From assembly GCA_001179505.1 (NCBI GenBank), contig CDMY01000386.1, positions 26,371-90,370 of the forward strand: a stretch of DNA of 64,000 nucleotides, given 5' to 3'. The translations under genes and the position numbers were made by a program. Below, piece by piece: positions 35,301 through 52,226 of this stretch (the stretch's first letter is position 1; the number at the start of each line of letters is the position of its first letter). This DNA is from Vitrella brassicaformis CCMP3155. Lineage: Eukaryota > Protista > Chromerida. The notes beneath the pieces were generated by a model. It searched no databases and had not been told where the DNA came from. It worked only from the letters and a program-made list of their open reading frames with translations.

Positions 35301-38300
35301 TCACACGCACACGAGCCACTCCATGGTGCTTTCTCTGTCTCTGTGTGTGTGTGTGTGTGTGTCTGCAGGGGGGTGTGCAGCCGGCGAGTACGTACCGCGG
35401 GTCACTGTGTCTGTCGATCGATCAGAAGCGCGTGCCCAACAAGAAGGGCTGGCCGCCCCTCGTCACCCTGGCAGCACACCCACTTCGCCTCAGAGTGCGA
35501 CTCTACAGAGGCCTCTACCTCTTCGACATGAGGTCACCAACCAACTCACCACTTCCCCATCTCCATCCTGAACCCCACACACACTTCTTCTTGTGTCGTG
35601 TGTGTCTGTTTGTCTGTCTGTCTGACAGGGGCACGGATCTCGGCGACACCGAGGTGACGGTGCTGATCCAGGTGGCGGGTTGTGAGCTGCACCCGACCAA
35701 TCCCTGGGGCGAGCCGATCGACGAGGACCCGCGGAAGGTCAAGGAGGGTGACAAGGGGGCCGTGGTGCGGCAGGTCATCCCGGACAAGATGCTCAAGCAG
35801 CTGCCCGAGGGCAACCCAGATATCCTCGCATTCCCGGGCAAAGTCGACCAAGACGTGAGACCACGCCCACGCCCACGCGAACACACATACACAATGTGTC
35901 GAGTGGTGTTGTGTTTTGTGTGTGTGTGTGTGTGTGTGTGGACTTCTCTGTCAGGGTGTGTTGCGTCTGTATCCGTGGAACCGGACGGCCAAGCAGATGG
36001 AGCGTGACAAGAAGAACAAACGCGTCGACAAAACGGCCCTGGGGGTCGACACGGTCAGTGTGCCGCGTCTGGCGGTGTCTGTCAGGGAGGGAGGGAGGCA
36101 ACCGACTTATGTGTGCGTGTGTGTTGTGTGTGTGTATGTTGTGTGTGTGCAGGAGCAGCCGACGGCATGGGTGGAGCGCACCACTCCTGTGCTGCGGGTA
36201 CTGCCCGACGTGAAATATGCATACGTCTACATCCAGGTCACTAAAAATCACCATCATTGTCTGGCGCAACTCGAGGAGCATTCGTGTGTGTGTGTGCCTT
36301 CCTTCCGTCCCCCTGTGTGTCATGTGCTGTGTGTGATGTGGTGCAGGAGAAGGGCCAGGAGGGGAAGCTCCCTCGCATTTTCGGACGGTAGGTACCATCT
36401 TCCTACAGATAGATGGGGGCGATCAATCATTCCATCAGGTTGGAGTTGATCGACGCCCCGACGCGCAACCGCGACGAGGAGGGGCCCGATGGCGGCGAAC
36501 AGGCGTCACCACAGGCCACCAAGCCCGGCGAACGGAGAAGGCCAAACCCAGACTGGGTCAAGGTACGCACACACGCCCCGCACATCCATCCACTCACCAA
36601 ACGAGAGCCATCCATCCAACCACTCTCCCTCCCTCCCTCCCTCCCTCCCCCTCCCTCTCAGCTCCACTTCGACCAGTCTGTGGTCCGTCTGCCCGAGGCC
36701 CGGTACCCATCTGACTTCGCGGGCTGCCTGCTGGGGTCGGCCCAGTTCATCCCGCCCCCCTTTGTGCCCAAGAAGCGCACCACCACATCGACCGTGCCAT
36801 CAGAGGCCGGCGCCGGCGGGCAGAAGGAGACGCGCATCGACATGCCCTTCGGCGAAACCCAGCCCCCCTCGTCGCCGTCGGAGGGCGGCGACCCATGGGA
36901 CCTGGAGGAAAAGATGATTGAGTAAGAGACAGAGAGAGAGAGAGAGAGAGATGTCGGCATCTTGTGTGTGCCTTTATTTATGTGGATGTCAGTGACCCTA
37001 GGATGGCTCCGAAGATAGAGGAGACGGCGTACGTGCCCACCCTGACGCACACAGTGGGGCTGTGCCAGTGCAGACCCCAGGTGGTCCGCGACGGCTCGCC
37101 AGGCGCCACCGTCGAGTTCGAGCTGGAGCCGCCACGACCCAAGCGCGAGGGCACAGAGGGAGAGGCGTTGGCGAAGGAGCCGTCTCCGTTCTTCCCGCCG
37201 CTGTACCTGCACGTGGACGTGCTGCAAGCGCGGAACCTGCCGTCGCAGGATGAGGACGGGCTTGTCGACCCTCTCTGGGAGATCTGCGTCGAGGACAAGG
37301 TGGGGTGGTGGGCTGGTGGGTGCAGAGAAGAGCGAGGTCGTGTGTGGATTGGGTGTGCTGTCTTGTGTTGTCTTGTGTTGTGTTGGGTGTGACAATGGAC
37401 AGCGTGTGTGTCCTGCTCGTGGGTTCGTGCCCAAGTCGCTGAACCCCTCGTACCTGCAGCGGGTGGTGATTCCCCTACCAGAGATCTACTGCCCGCCACC
37501 CACTGGCCCGTGAGCACCAGCAAGACCAGCACCATGGGGCACACACATGACATGTGGCGGGCATGTGTGTGAAATGGTGCAGGCGCTCACCCGGCTCGTT
37601 GGGACCACCCGATTCGTTGGAGCGGTACGACGCTGTTGCGGATGAGAAGGAGCGGATGGAGATCCCCCCGCCGCCCGTGCTGGTGAGGATGTTCGACATC
37701 GATGAGGGCAAAGTCCCGGGCGCCGCTGTGGTGAACAAACAAACAAACCGACACACATTCATTCAATCAGGCCACCCACCCGAGCACACTGACTGTCCCC
37801 GCCTGTGTGTGTTGGGTCGGTCGGTGGTCGTGCGCCGGGGTGCGATGCAGTATGAGGAGATGGGTCAGATCGTCGAGTGGCAGCCCTCCAACCTCGACTT
37901 CCTCAACACCTCGAAGCATGTACGCACCCACACACCCACACACACATACACAGACTGCCCAGGACCACCCAATTGTGTGTGTGTGTGTGTGTCTGTGTGT
38001 GTGTGGTGTCCTTGTAGCGTCCGCTGGATGTCAACGCGGTCCACGTCCCCCGCTGGTACGACCTGGCCCACGAGGACCAAGTCGACTATGCAGAGCTGGA
38101 CAGACCCAACAAGTCAGCATAGCAGGCAGGCAGGCAGATCACTTCAACACATACACTGCTGTTTATGCAGGCGGGCAAAGCACGCGATGTGGCAGCGCAA
38201 GGTCAAGCTCCTGGCAGCCATCGGCTACTCGCGGCAGTGCCCACCCGCACTCCTCTACCACCTCACACACGCTGAAGTCAAGGAGAAGCCGCCGAAAGGT

Positions 38301-41300
38301 CAGCCCCCTCTCCCTCTCTGCCATGTCTGTGCTGGATGGATGGGTGGGTGGGTGGATGGGTCGTCAGATTTGCGCAACGGTCGTGTGTTGAACCAGAAGG
38401 CCAAGTGGAAGGTGCCCGTGAAGGACACCGAGGCCACATGGGTGGAGTTCGTGCAGCGCGGCCTGGCGGGAGAGGAGCCGGTGGACGACTGCCTCATCAC
38501 ACGCATCACCAGAGAGCTCGCAGGTGCGCACACACAACCAATCCATTGCATATGGTTGGTGCGATCGGTCCACCCACACACAGGTCAGGAGGAGGTGTTT
38601 GTGTTCGACTTCGACTTGCTGGGTCTCCGGCGGCTGGACGAATTCTCCCGCACGGCCGACTACAAGCTCTTCGTCGACTCCTTCTGGCCCACACCGCCAC
38701 GCGTCGAACTGTCGGTGAGACGCCAAAGCCAACCAGAGCCTTCTTCTTGGCATCCATCCATCCATCGTGTGTGTGTGTGTGTCAGATCTCAGGGTCTGAT
38801 TTGCCGTGTCCGAACCTGACGTATGCCGCCAAGGCGAGGGGCATGTTCGAGGCCCTGGCCTCGGGGTTCTTCACGCAGGCGTCGGGGGCAGACGCCAGCC
38901 AGAGACGCAAGATTTCCAGAAAGGACACTGAGGAGGGTAGGTGCGCACACAGGCAGACACACAGGCAGGCAGGCAGGCAGGCAGGGATGTCTAGCTGGGG
39001 ATTTGGGATTGGTTGCTGTCTGTGTGTGTGTAGAGGCTGTCGGCGTCCGCATCACATCTCCCCACTACGCCACGCCCATGCTCGAGTACCTGCAGGTAAC
39101 CAACAGCTGCCAACACAGCCACAGACAATGAACCTACGCAACCCCCTCCTCTCTCCCCCTCCGCCTCCTTTCGTCCCCATACAGATTGAGCCCGAGGCCA
39201 CAATGACCGGCGTGACCAACAACGCCGCCAACAATGTCGTCAACAATCACGGCGTCCCGGACACCGCCCGCGACAGCATCGGCAGCGGCAGTGGCGGCGC
39301 CGACACCTCCCGCGACACATCCCGCTACCAGACGCGCGTCATCATGCCCGACCTGACCTTCCGCCTAGAAGGCCAGAAGCAGGCCACCCTGTCGGTGTCG
39401 CTGCAGGACTACAAGCACGTTGTGCAGTCGGGGACGCCAGAGAAGGAAGACGAGGACGACCTGCTGGTGCTGACACGTGAAGTGCAGGAGGTGGATACCG
39501 CCGCACGGGCGCAGGGGGGCCTGGGGGTGGGGGGCAAGGCAGTCGCCAGACCGGTCCCCTTGACGGCAGAAATAAAAGAGGTGGGGAGGGAGGGAGGGAG
39601 GAGAGAGAGAGAGTGGAATGGCTGTGTGTGCGTGTATACAGGCGTTTGACAAGAAGGCGAAGCCCATGGAGCATCTGGTCGCGATGAACGCGCCGATTGT
39701 CGAGGTCACTGTGGACATCTACGCCGGTCGGTGTGACCACCAGCACTCTTCTGAAGAGTGAATGAATGAGTATTATTGCTGGTCGGTCCCGTGTGTGTGT
39801 GTGTTGTGTTGGTCAGAGGCCGATGGCGAGCTGATATTTGACGAGGACGTCAAGGTGGGTCGGTTCATCCTCGACCACGACCTCTTCACCATCGGCCCCT
39901 CGGAGATGCAGACCATGAAAGGCATCACCACCAAAACGGTCAGGGCGTGGCCTGGATGACACGCCCACCGAGAGAGAGAGGGAAGGACTGTGTGCTGGCT
40001 GCCTGGCCTCTGCAGGACCAGAAGTTCAACCAAGACGACCTTCTCGTCAACGCACCTCCCGAGGAAAGGGCCAGGGCATTCACCAACCCACTCCTCATGG
40101 TAATAGCTAGCAACAACCCACACACAACACAAGGCACACGCGAAACATTCCTCCCTCCCTGTCTGTCTGTGCCATTCTGTCCGCCCGTCCCAGGTGGACC
40201 TCAACGACAGAGGCTGGACGAGCGAAGATTACGAGAAGCGCAAGCCCTTCGCCCCCCTGACCATGATGGCCGGACCCACCGCCCTCCTCGACCAGAAGAC
40301 CACCAGACGCCCATCACCACCACAAGGGGGCGATCAGCAGACCGCTGCTGCTGCTGCCGCCAAAGCCAAGGCGGCTCCCAAGGCGGCCCCAGCACCGGCC
40401 TCCGGGACTGGTCCGCAGCAGTCGTCCCCGGCGGATCTGTCGAGCCAGATGGCGGCCCTATTCGACACCGACAAGGCCATCAAGGAGAACATGCGGACCT
40501 TCCTGCGGCCGGTGGGGCACAAGGTCGACCTCAACGACAACAAAGGGTCAGCCAGTGAGTGGGTGGGTGGGTGGGTGGATGGGCACAAGAACCAGACCGA
40601 ATGACGCGTTGGCCCTTTCTTTCTCGTCTCTCTCTCTGTTCTTCGGCCGGTCTGCTAGGTCTCACGTGTTGGCGCGTCTGCGGATGTACAGCGTCGACAA
40701 GGCCGACACGACCAAGGGGTCGGCCAGGTCGGTGGCCCCAGTCACCTCGGCCCAGTTCGAGCCATTCGAGGGCATCGACTTCGAGCCGACCATGAACATA
40801 GTGGAGATCAAGTCGCAGATTGACGGGGAGGTCGTGTGGCGCACCAAGAAGCACCAGTACAAAGACGCGGGGGAGCTGCTGCTCATCCTCAAGGCAGAGG
40901 ACGGCTACTACCGAATCGACGTGCCGACATTCGACATTCGGTCGGTCCAGAGAGGCGAAATGAGGGAGAGAGAGAGAGAGAGAGAGGCCCATGCATCGCC
41001 TCTCTGTGTGCGTCTGTGTGTGTGGGTGTGGCAGTTTCCCGTACGAGACGGGCTTTTGGGTGTACGAGACCACCACACAGAAGTTCGATGACCTGGAACG
41101 GGAGTACGCACAGACAGACAGACCTGCACACAACAGAGCAGTGTCGATGGTCATGTGAGCCATGTGTGTCGTGTGTGGTGTGCGGTGTGCGGTGTGTGTC
41201 AGGGTTGAGCGTGAAGACATCCGGAAGCAAATCGCGAACCTCAAGAAGGGCAACAGGAAGAAACCCAAACACAAGCGAAGGGTTGGCATGCAAGAGAGAG

Positions 41301-42769
41301 ACAGAGAGAGAGTGGGAGCCTTGTGTGTCATGCATGCGATGCGGTGTGCATGTCAGGAGCACAAGGAAAAGATCAAGGAGCTGAACCTGTCGCTCAAAGC
41401 CACAGAAAAAACCGAGCAAGAATCGGTAACTAACTAACGGCTCCACACCACACACACCTACATCAGCAAGTGCAGAGGGGTGTGTGTGTGTGTGTAGAAG
41501 GACCAGCCATTGGGTCGTCTCCCGAAGCACCACACGCTTGACGCCTTTGGCATCACGGCGACCGACATGAAGACGCTCGGCTACAAGTACCCCCTCCCCA
41601 TCAGCAGGGGCGAGTTCGTCCTCAGACTCAAGAAGCGAAAGGCCATCGTAGCTGACAGGTCAGCCAGGCGACCCACACAGAGCCCAACATATATGTGTGT
41701 GTGTATGGGTGTGTGTAGGGACCAAGTTGACGAGAGCGACAACACGCTGTTTTCGACGCTCAACCTGAAGCCCGTGTGCAACCTGGTGGAGCCGCTCGTC
41801 ACCGGCGAGACTCTCAAACCCGTCGGACTCCTCAAGGTAGCCAGATCATTGAAACGGCTGGCAACCGAGCGAAGCGGCGGATGCGTGTGTGTGTGTGTGT
41901 GTGTGTGAGCAGGGGCATGTGTCGATCAAGCATCTCGATAGCCGCAAGAAGGGCGAGAAGACCGAGGTCGCGAAGCCGCCGCCGCCGGCCGAGGGCAAGA
42001 AGGTGCAGGTGCAGCTGCCGCCCGCGGCCGCCGAGGACAAGAAGGTGCATGAGTGGGAGATGACGCCCGCCCGTCAGATGAACTGTAAAGAGGTCAGTTG
42101 GTCACTTACACACGCAGACACACACACAGACGCTCCCCTGTGTTGTGTGTGTGATGTCAGGAGCGTGTGATGGTTCACGTGTACGTGTTGACGGCTCGCG
42201 ACCTGAAGAACGTCGACATCATCGGCAAGTCGGATCCCTTCCTCGAGATCTCACTGGCCGGCAAGAAGGAGACATCCAAGAAAGTCTTCAACGAGTCAGC
42301 ACAGACACGCATTAGCTTAGACACCGGAGCACGGCTGCCTGTATCTGCTTGTGTGCAGGGATTTGGACCCCGATTTCTATGAGCACTTCACGCTCATGGC
42401 GACCGTACCTGGCGACTCGCTGCTCACCATCGCTGTCAAAGAGAAACACACAGAGAGAGAGCTTTGGTCGTCCATCTCCCCACACTCGTGTGTGTGTGTG
42501 TGTGTGTGCAGGTGATGGACCAGGGCAGCGTGTCCAACACCTTGATGGGCAAGGTCAACATCGACCTAGAGGACAGGTAGGTGCACACCCATTCCATCCT
42601 CTGCCGCACACACCCCATCCCTTGTCTGTTGTCTGGTCTGCACGTCTCTCTCTTTCTGTGTGCAGATGGCTGGCACTGCAGCGGCGCAAGCCCACTCAAG
42701 AGGAGAAGGACAAGTGAGCAAACACACATTCCCCCTCCCCTCCCCCCCAACACACACGCACCCTCCCTG

Positions 42770-42806
<37 letters not shown>

Positions 42807-44559
42807 CATTAGAAGTAGAGATCAAGGAGGACGGCTCCTCGCCCACCTTCGGGCCCAGCAGCTCCGGCTCGCCATCGCCACTCGTCCGGGGCAGCAGGGG
42901 CACCAGTCAAAAGCTCTCCATTCCGGGCGGCAGCCGTGCCGCCAGTGCTTCTGCTGCGGCCGCTGCTGCCGTGGCGGTCAAGAAGGAGACCTTCCTGCCG
43001 CCGCGCAAGAACAGCCCAATCGAGATCATGCCGCTGCGCATGGGCGACGGCGGCGATGGCCTCACCACGGGCAATCTCAGATACTTCATAGACCTGGTGG
43101 GTTTGGTTGGGGTGGGTGGTGGCGGGCGCAGACAGGGAGGGGCGGTGGTTTGTTTGTGCGGTCGGTGTCAGGTGCGCGAGGCCGACCCTTACAAGGAGGT
43201 GGGTCTGGCGGAGTTGAGTTTCTCCATCGAGTTTGAGCTGCGCGTCATCGTCTGGAATGTCACGGACATATCCGTCTTCAAAGACATCGGTCGGCACACC
43301 ACACCACACCACACCCACTCACACCGCTCTCACTGTTTGGTTGCTTGACTTACAGGAGGTCGGAACGACGTCATGATAGAGATCACCTTGTCGGTTTGGA
43401 ACTTCTTCGGCGAGGTCACCGAGACGACCCTGCAGACGGACGTGCACAAGTTCGCCCGCGAGAGGGCCAACTTCAACTGGCGCATGAAATTCCCAATCAA
43501 GCTGCCCGCCGCTGCTGTCGATATGAAGGTGCGGATGCGCGTGTGTGTGGCCCTTGTGTGTCTGTGTCCCTTGTGTGTTGGGTGGTGGGTGTCCTGACGT
43601 GTGTGTGTCTGTGTGTGGATGGGTTCGTTAGTGTCGGATTGTGGACTGCGACACGCTCTCTGGCGACGATGTCATCTACGACGATGAGACCATTCCGCTC
43701 GACGACCTCTGCAGGTACTCTTGCACACGACCGTCCCTCTCTCTGTGTGTGTGGGTTGATGGATGGATGGATGAGTGGATGAGTGGATGAGTGGTGCAGG
43801 TACTCGCTGAAGCAGAAGATGGAGCACAGGCCGCTCCTGCCCCCCCTGCAGTACCCCGTCATCTTCGACTCGCCCAGACAAGACGACTTGTAAGCAACCC
43901 GCCCATCCACCAACCCATCAGCCCGAACACGTGTCCATGTGCGTGCGTGTGTGTGTGTGTGTGTGTGTGCAGTTTGGGGAGTCTGTGCGGGTCCTGTTGT
44001 CCGACCCTCCGGTGGGGCAGCCTCTGCTGCCGACCCCCGCCTGACGAGGACGACGATGACGCCCCACGACGGGGCTGCTGCGGACGCCGGAGGGACATGT
44101 ACGCGAGCAACTGCACACACACACATACACACACACCCATGTCTGCGCAGCTTGATCACGCCCGCCAAGTTGTCGATGCGTCTGGAGATGGTGCCGATGG
44201 ACGTGGCCAAGGCCGAGCCAGTGGGGACGGGCCGCAGCGAGCCCAACGTCAACCCGTTCCTGGGCGAGCCGCAGGACAGAGTCGAGTGGTCCCTCTGCCT
44301 ATCGGTCAGCCACACAGGCGGGGCGGGGCTGGTTCAGTCACTGGTGCACAGTGCGATCGATGATGCGTGTGTGTCCGTGTGTGTGTGTGTGTGTGTGCGT
44401 CTTCAGAATCCCTGCAAGTTCCTGGAGATTCTGATTGGCAAGGACATGTACCGGTGCCTCACCTATGGCAGCTGCTGCCTGTGCATCCTGCTGGTGGTGG
44501 CCCTCGTCCTCTTCCTCATCTTCATGGCCGTCCAGACCACAGTAGTGCCGTTCAAATAA
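32323..44559 (+). CDS. Ferlin (multi-C2-domain, tail-anchored membrane protein)
   Basis: Several C2 domains (SATNLASADVASLSDPYVDV..NSLNPVW; QARNLPSQDEDGLVDP; YVLTARDLKNVDIIGKSDPFL; LRVIVWNVTDI..QTDVHKFARERANFNWRMKF). Ferlin C-terminus PAKLSMRLEMVP..PVGTGRSEPNVNPFL and terminal TM CILLVVALVLFLIFMAV. Dozens of short introns, including GC-AG introns at about 35077 and 35290. Confidence 0.93.
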
Positions 44560-45156
44560 ATGAACAAACAGATAGATAGACGTAGATAGACAGACGTAGA
44601 GACGGCCGGCAGCTGGCTGAGAGAGGGGTGAGAGAGGAGCGGGAGGGAGGGAGGGAGGGAGGGAGGGGGGGGAAATTGGGGGTGTGCATACCGGCATATA
44701 TATAAGCGGACTCGCGAAAAACGATCGACTGTGGGAAAGTTTTACCTGTCTGAAGGCTCGCTCGTACGCAGAGTCGTTCATAGACACGTGGCACCGCATC
44801 AGTCGATCACCTCACTCTCACGCACACCAACGCGCTGCTTCCGCCTATCGGTATAGGCTCACAGCCGGTGCACACACACCCACAGTCTCACACACGGGCG
44901 ACAAATAACATCACACCACACACACACATGCAGGCAGACAGGCAGACAGCCCTCTCACGTTCATATCATGTCAGGGAGCCATCCCTAGCACCATCCATCC
45001 ATCCATCCATCCATTTCACCCGACCATCTGTCCATCGTTACGCACACACACATGCACAATTAGAAACTCCATTGGGACTCGGCCGGCCTCCGCGAGATGT
45101 AAATCGCTTGAAATGCACCGCCTTAAACTTCATTCTCCAGACCACAGTAATCACGC

Positions 45157-47095
45157 TCAATAATCCTCTGGGCCAGGACCAACCGGCTGCAACCACACAG
45201 AGAGATCCGAGCAAGCCCTTCGTGTGTTCCGTGCTATGTGTCTGGTGTACAGTACCATTGGCTTCTTCTCTTCCTCTTCCCTCTCGACCATCATTCCCTC
45301 AGTGGTGAGGACCAGGCCGGCGACCGAGGCGGCGTTCTCGATGGCGGCCACGATGACCTTGGCGGGGTCGATGACGCCCATCCCGATCATGTCGCCGAAC
45401 TTGCTCGTCTTGGCGTTCCAACCAAACCTGAGAAAGAAAGAGCGACAGACGGCATTGCGTCGGTCGTCTTGTGTCTTGTGTCATGTGTGCGGTGTGTGGT
45501 GGTGGTACCCGAATGGCTTCCCCGAGTTCATGATGACGTCGACGATCCGCTCGCCGCTGACGCCCGCGTTGTCTGCGATTTGTTGGGTGATGGACCGCAT
45601 GGCCTCGATGATGATCTTGGCGCCCGCCTTCTGCAGCTCGATCTCACTCTCCATCTCCTCTGCCAGTCAACATCAACACCACACACAGACCGACCAATGG
45701 ATGTGGTCTTTTCTTTCTTATGGCAGTGCAGTGCACATACGTACCGGCTCCGACGTTCTCAACGTACTGCTCGCCGGTTTCCTCGTCGATGCCCAAGAGC
45801 TCCGCCTTGGCGGACTTCTCCACCTCGGCCAGCACCTGCTCCTCAAAGGCCGGGTTCGCCACCGCCAGGTAGGTCACGCCGCCTCCAGGCACATAGCCGG
45901 TCTCCATTGCCGCGCGCACCGCATTGATGGCGTCCTCATACCTAGATGGAATGAACGGCGCATCGAGCGGGGTGAGAATGCGGCTCTGTTGGCTGGCTCA
46001 CCTGAGTTTCTTCTCTTTCTGTTCTGTCTCGGTGGCGGCTCCGATCATGATTCTGGCGATGCCGCCCGAGAGAGCGGCGATCCTCTCGTCGAGCTTCTCC
46101 CTGTCGAACTTGGAGGTGGACTTCTCCTTCTCGCCTCGCAGCTGCTCGATGCGCGCATCGATGTTGGCTGCACCACACACACACGCACACACGGGGAGTC
46201 CAAGGCAATGAGGTCCGTCCGATATGCCGAGAGGCATCGACAGCTCACGTTTGAATCTGGGGTAGGTGATGATGCTGGTGCGCTCCTTCCTGACGACGGC
46301 TGCCTGCGCCACGCCCAGGAGGTCCGGTGTGGCGTCTTCGAGCATGACGCCGATGTCCTTGGAGATGAGCGTGGCGTTGGTGGCGATGGCGATGTCGCGG
46401 AGGTAGTCCTTGCGCCGCTCGCCGAAAGAGGGGGCCTTGACGCCACACTGAGGTCACATAGTCACATGAAAGGGCAAGAAGGACATGTCTTGTGGGGGGA
46501 ATGGGAGGGTGAATGGTCGCATGGGAGGGGAGGGGGTGTTGTGTTGGGTGGCTGACTGACCACTTTGAGGAGCCCTCTCATTTTGTTGATGACGAGTGTC
46601 TGCATGGCCTCGGGGCCGAAGTCCTCAGCAATGATCAGGAGGTTCTCCTGCACACCATACACAGCAAGAGAGACGAATGACTGCATCCCTGCGGTCGGTT
46701 GTGTCCTCGCCCCCTCTCAATGAGTCCCTGTATGTGCGCACCTTGGTCTTGACAAAGTACTCGAGCAGCCGGATGATGGCCTGTGCCGACTCGACTTTGT
46801 AATCGACGACCAGCACTCGCGGGTTCTGATAGTCGATGATGTCACGCTCCTCGCCCTACGCACGACAACACACACACACGCCGCGAGCAATGTGTGGCGG
46901 ATGACTGATGTTTCTGTCGTTGGGTCTTGGCTGACCACAAGGAAGTATGGCGAGGCCCAGCCCCTATCGAATGTGTAGCCCTCAGTGAATTCGAGCTCGT
47001 CCTCAAGTGCGGGGTTCTCCTCCAGGATGGTGGCCGCATTGGCACCCAGCTTGTCGAACGCCTCGGCAATCACCTCGCCCATACCTGCACACACG

Positions 47096-47127
<32 letters not shown>

Positions 47128-48324
47128 ATGTGGAGAGCCGCCTGTGGGATTTGGTACGAAGGGTTGCGTACCGGTGTTTCCGCTTGTGGCGACCGTTGCG
47201 ATGTTGTTGAGGTCCTTCTTGCCGTCGACGGGCTTGGCCAGCCGCCGCACCTCGTCCATCATCATCTTGGACGCCTTCTGGATGCCCCTGACAAAACAGC
47301 CACGCAGCAACACACGCGAACGACACCATTGATGGAGCAGAGCAGAGCACCCCTGATTTGATTGGGCCTCCATCCGTGTCACGAGGCGCTGTGCCTACTT
47401 TTGTATTGGGATGGGGTTGTGTCCGGCGTTGACGTACTTGACGCCGGCCTTGCAGATCTCGCTGGTGATGATGGTCGTGCTGGTCGTCCCGTCGCCTGCC
47501 CTGTCGTCACTCGTGGCCGCGACCTCCTGCACTAACTTGGCACCTGAACGCAACGCAGCGCAATGCAATGCATCTGGCTGGCCGTCTGTGTCTGCTCACC
47601 AGCATTGAGCTTTCTGTCCTTGAGCTCGATGTTCCTCGCAATCGTCACCCCGTCATTCACCTGAGCAGCGAAGCACGTAACGCACAGAGAGCATCTCACT
47701 GCCACTGCCCCCGTGGTGTGTGTGTGTGTGTGTGTGACATTGGCTGGCTTACGATCATGGGAGGTCCGTACTCCTTTTCGAGCAGGACGTTTCTGCCTCT
47801 TGGTCCAAGGGTGACACGCACGGCAGCCGCCACCTGCTCGATGCCGTCCAGCAGGTAGTTCCGGCACGGGTCAGACAGAATGATCTCCTTGAACTTGCGA
47901 CCCTGATCACAGACAGGACAACACACACACACACACACAGACACACACGAAGACAGACGGTAAGTCAGTCAGGGTAGTGATTGCTCGGGTGAATGCAGCC
48001 TCACAGACTCATTGCCCACGACCCACTGGACACGCACACCTCCCCTCGCACATGGCTGGCCTCATCCACTACAAACTCGTGATAGATCTGTCTGTCTGCC
48101 CCCTCCCCTCCCTCTCAGCCATCCCTAATCCACGCACCTACCTGCATCTGCAGGCTGCTGGATCCTCTCTGGTGCCGCATTGCCCTGATTGGCGCATGGT
48201 GCCTCCTCTGCAGCAGGCCAGGTCGTCGTAGAGCTGCATTCGGCGCGACAAATGCGTCCGTTCTTCTGAGTGCATTGACGACATGGACGAGAACGGCAAG
48301 CAGTGATGCGACAAGCGCACCCAT
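45157..48324 (-). CDS. cpn60: Chaperonin 60 (GroEL family), plastid-targeted
   Basis: [73 protein letters not shown] and VIDPAKV. N-terminal signal peptide ([18 protein letters not shown]) followed by FVAP and a basic transit-like region. Confidence 0.95.
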
Positions 48325-48724
48325 CGTCACGGGTGGAAGCGGCCGCATGAAGAGGCGGAGGTCTGAGGCCGTCCTGCCCTGGAGATCTGCCGCGAAACTG
48401 ACCAGCAAGCTCAGCTCGCAGACGCCAAAAATTCTCTGATGGCGGCATCTCTCTTCGCAAGCAAGCAAGGTGAGCGTCCACAGTTGCAGAGATCTGTCCT
48501 TGGGGCTGCTTGCCCAGCCAATCCGGATGTTCCACCCGACGACGGCGGACGCTTCGCCTCCCCGTGGATCTTCGCCTGCGCGCATGAGGGACGAGGTAGG
48601 AGGGAGGAGATTCACGACACGCTCGTGCTCTTCGGCACGATTCCTGTGACTCGGTTGAAGGCCCCAAAGCGCGGGCTGTGTTGTGGGGGCGATCTGCTAT
48701 TCGTGTCGTTCCCTACCGCCTGCG

Positions 48725-51656
<2,932 letters not shown>

Positions 51657-52226
51657 ACGATCAATGCCCATCCATACGTTGCATTCTGTCGATAGATAGA
51701 GAGTCCGCGCCCCTTTGTGTTGTGTACGACCCATTGGCCGGCTGTCTGTGAATGGCGATGGTTGGTTGGTTGGTTGGTTGCATGTGTGTGTAAGTAGGGC
51801 GCCTCTTCTTGACGACAGTGTACACACTGTGCTGTGGATGGCTATACTTCCATATATCAGTAGAGATGTCTCTCGCCCCTCCCCTCCATGGATCGGATCG
51901 TGTCTCAAAACCTCGCAACGCCACACATGCAGTGCACACTACACTCATGCAGAAAAAACTATACACCAGCACGAGAGGTAGATAATGATGTGACAGATAG
52001 ATGTATGTTTGTACCGCTCACGCAAAACGCACCACTCAGCCATCTACCATCTTGGTGTTGCTAGGGCTACTGCCTGGCCTGCCTGCCCTGTCTTCGGCGT
52101 CTTCCCGTCGCCCGCAACCTCTACACGCGAGTTGCCATCAAGAATCAACCGACGGCAAAGGGCAAGGGCCTTTACAATGCGATGCGATCGTCCGTCACTC
52201 CCATTTCTTCATCTGCAGAACTGCGA

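Noticed and set aside
45640-45860. Acidic insertion in Cpn60 ([23 protein letters not shown])
   Set aside because: As recalled, a comparable insertion is typical of apicoplast-type Cpn60, so it is not new.
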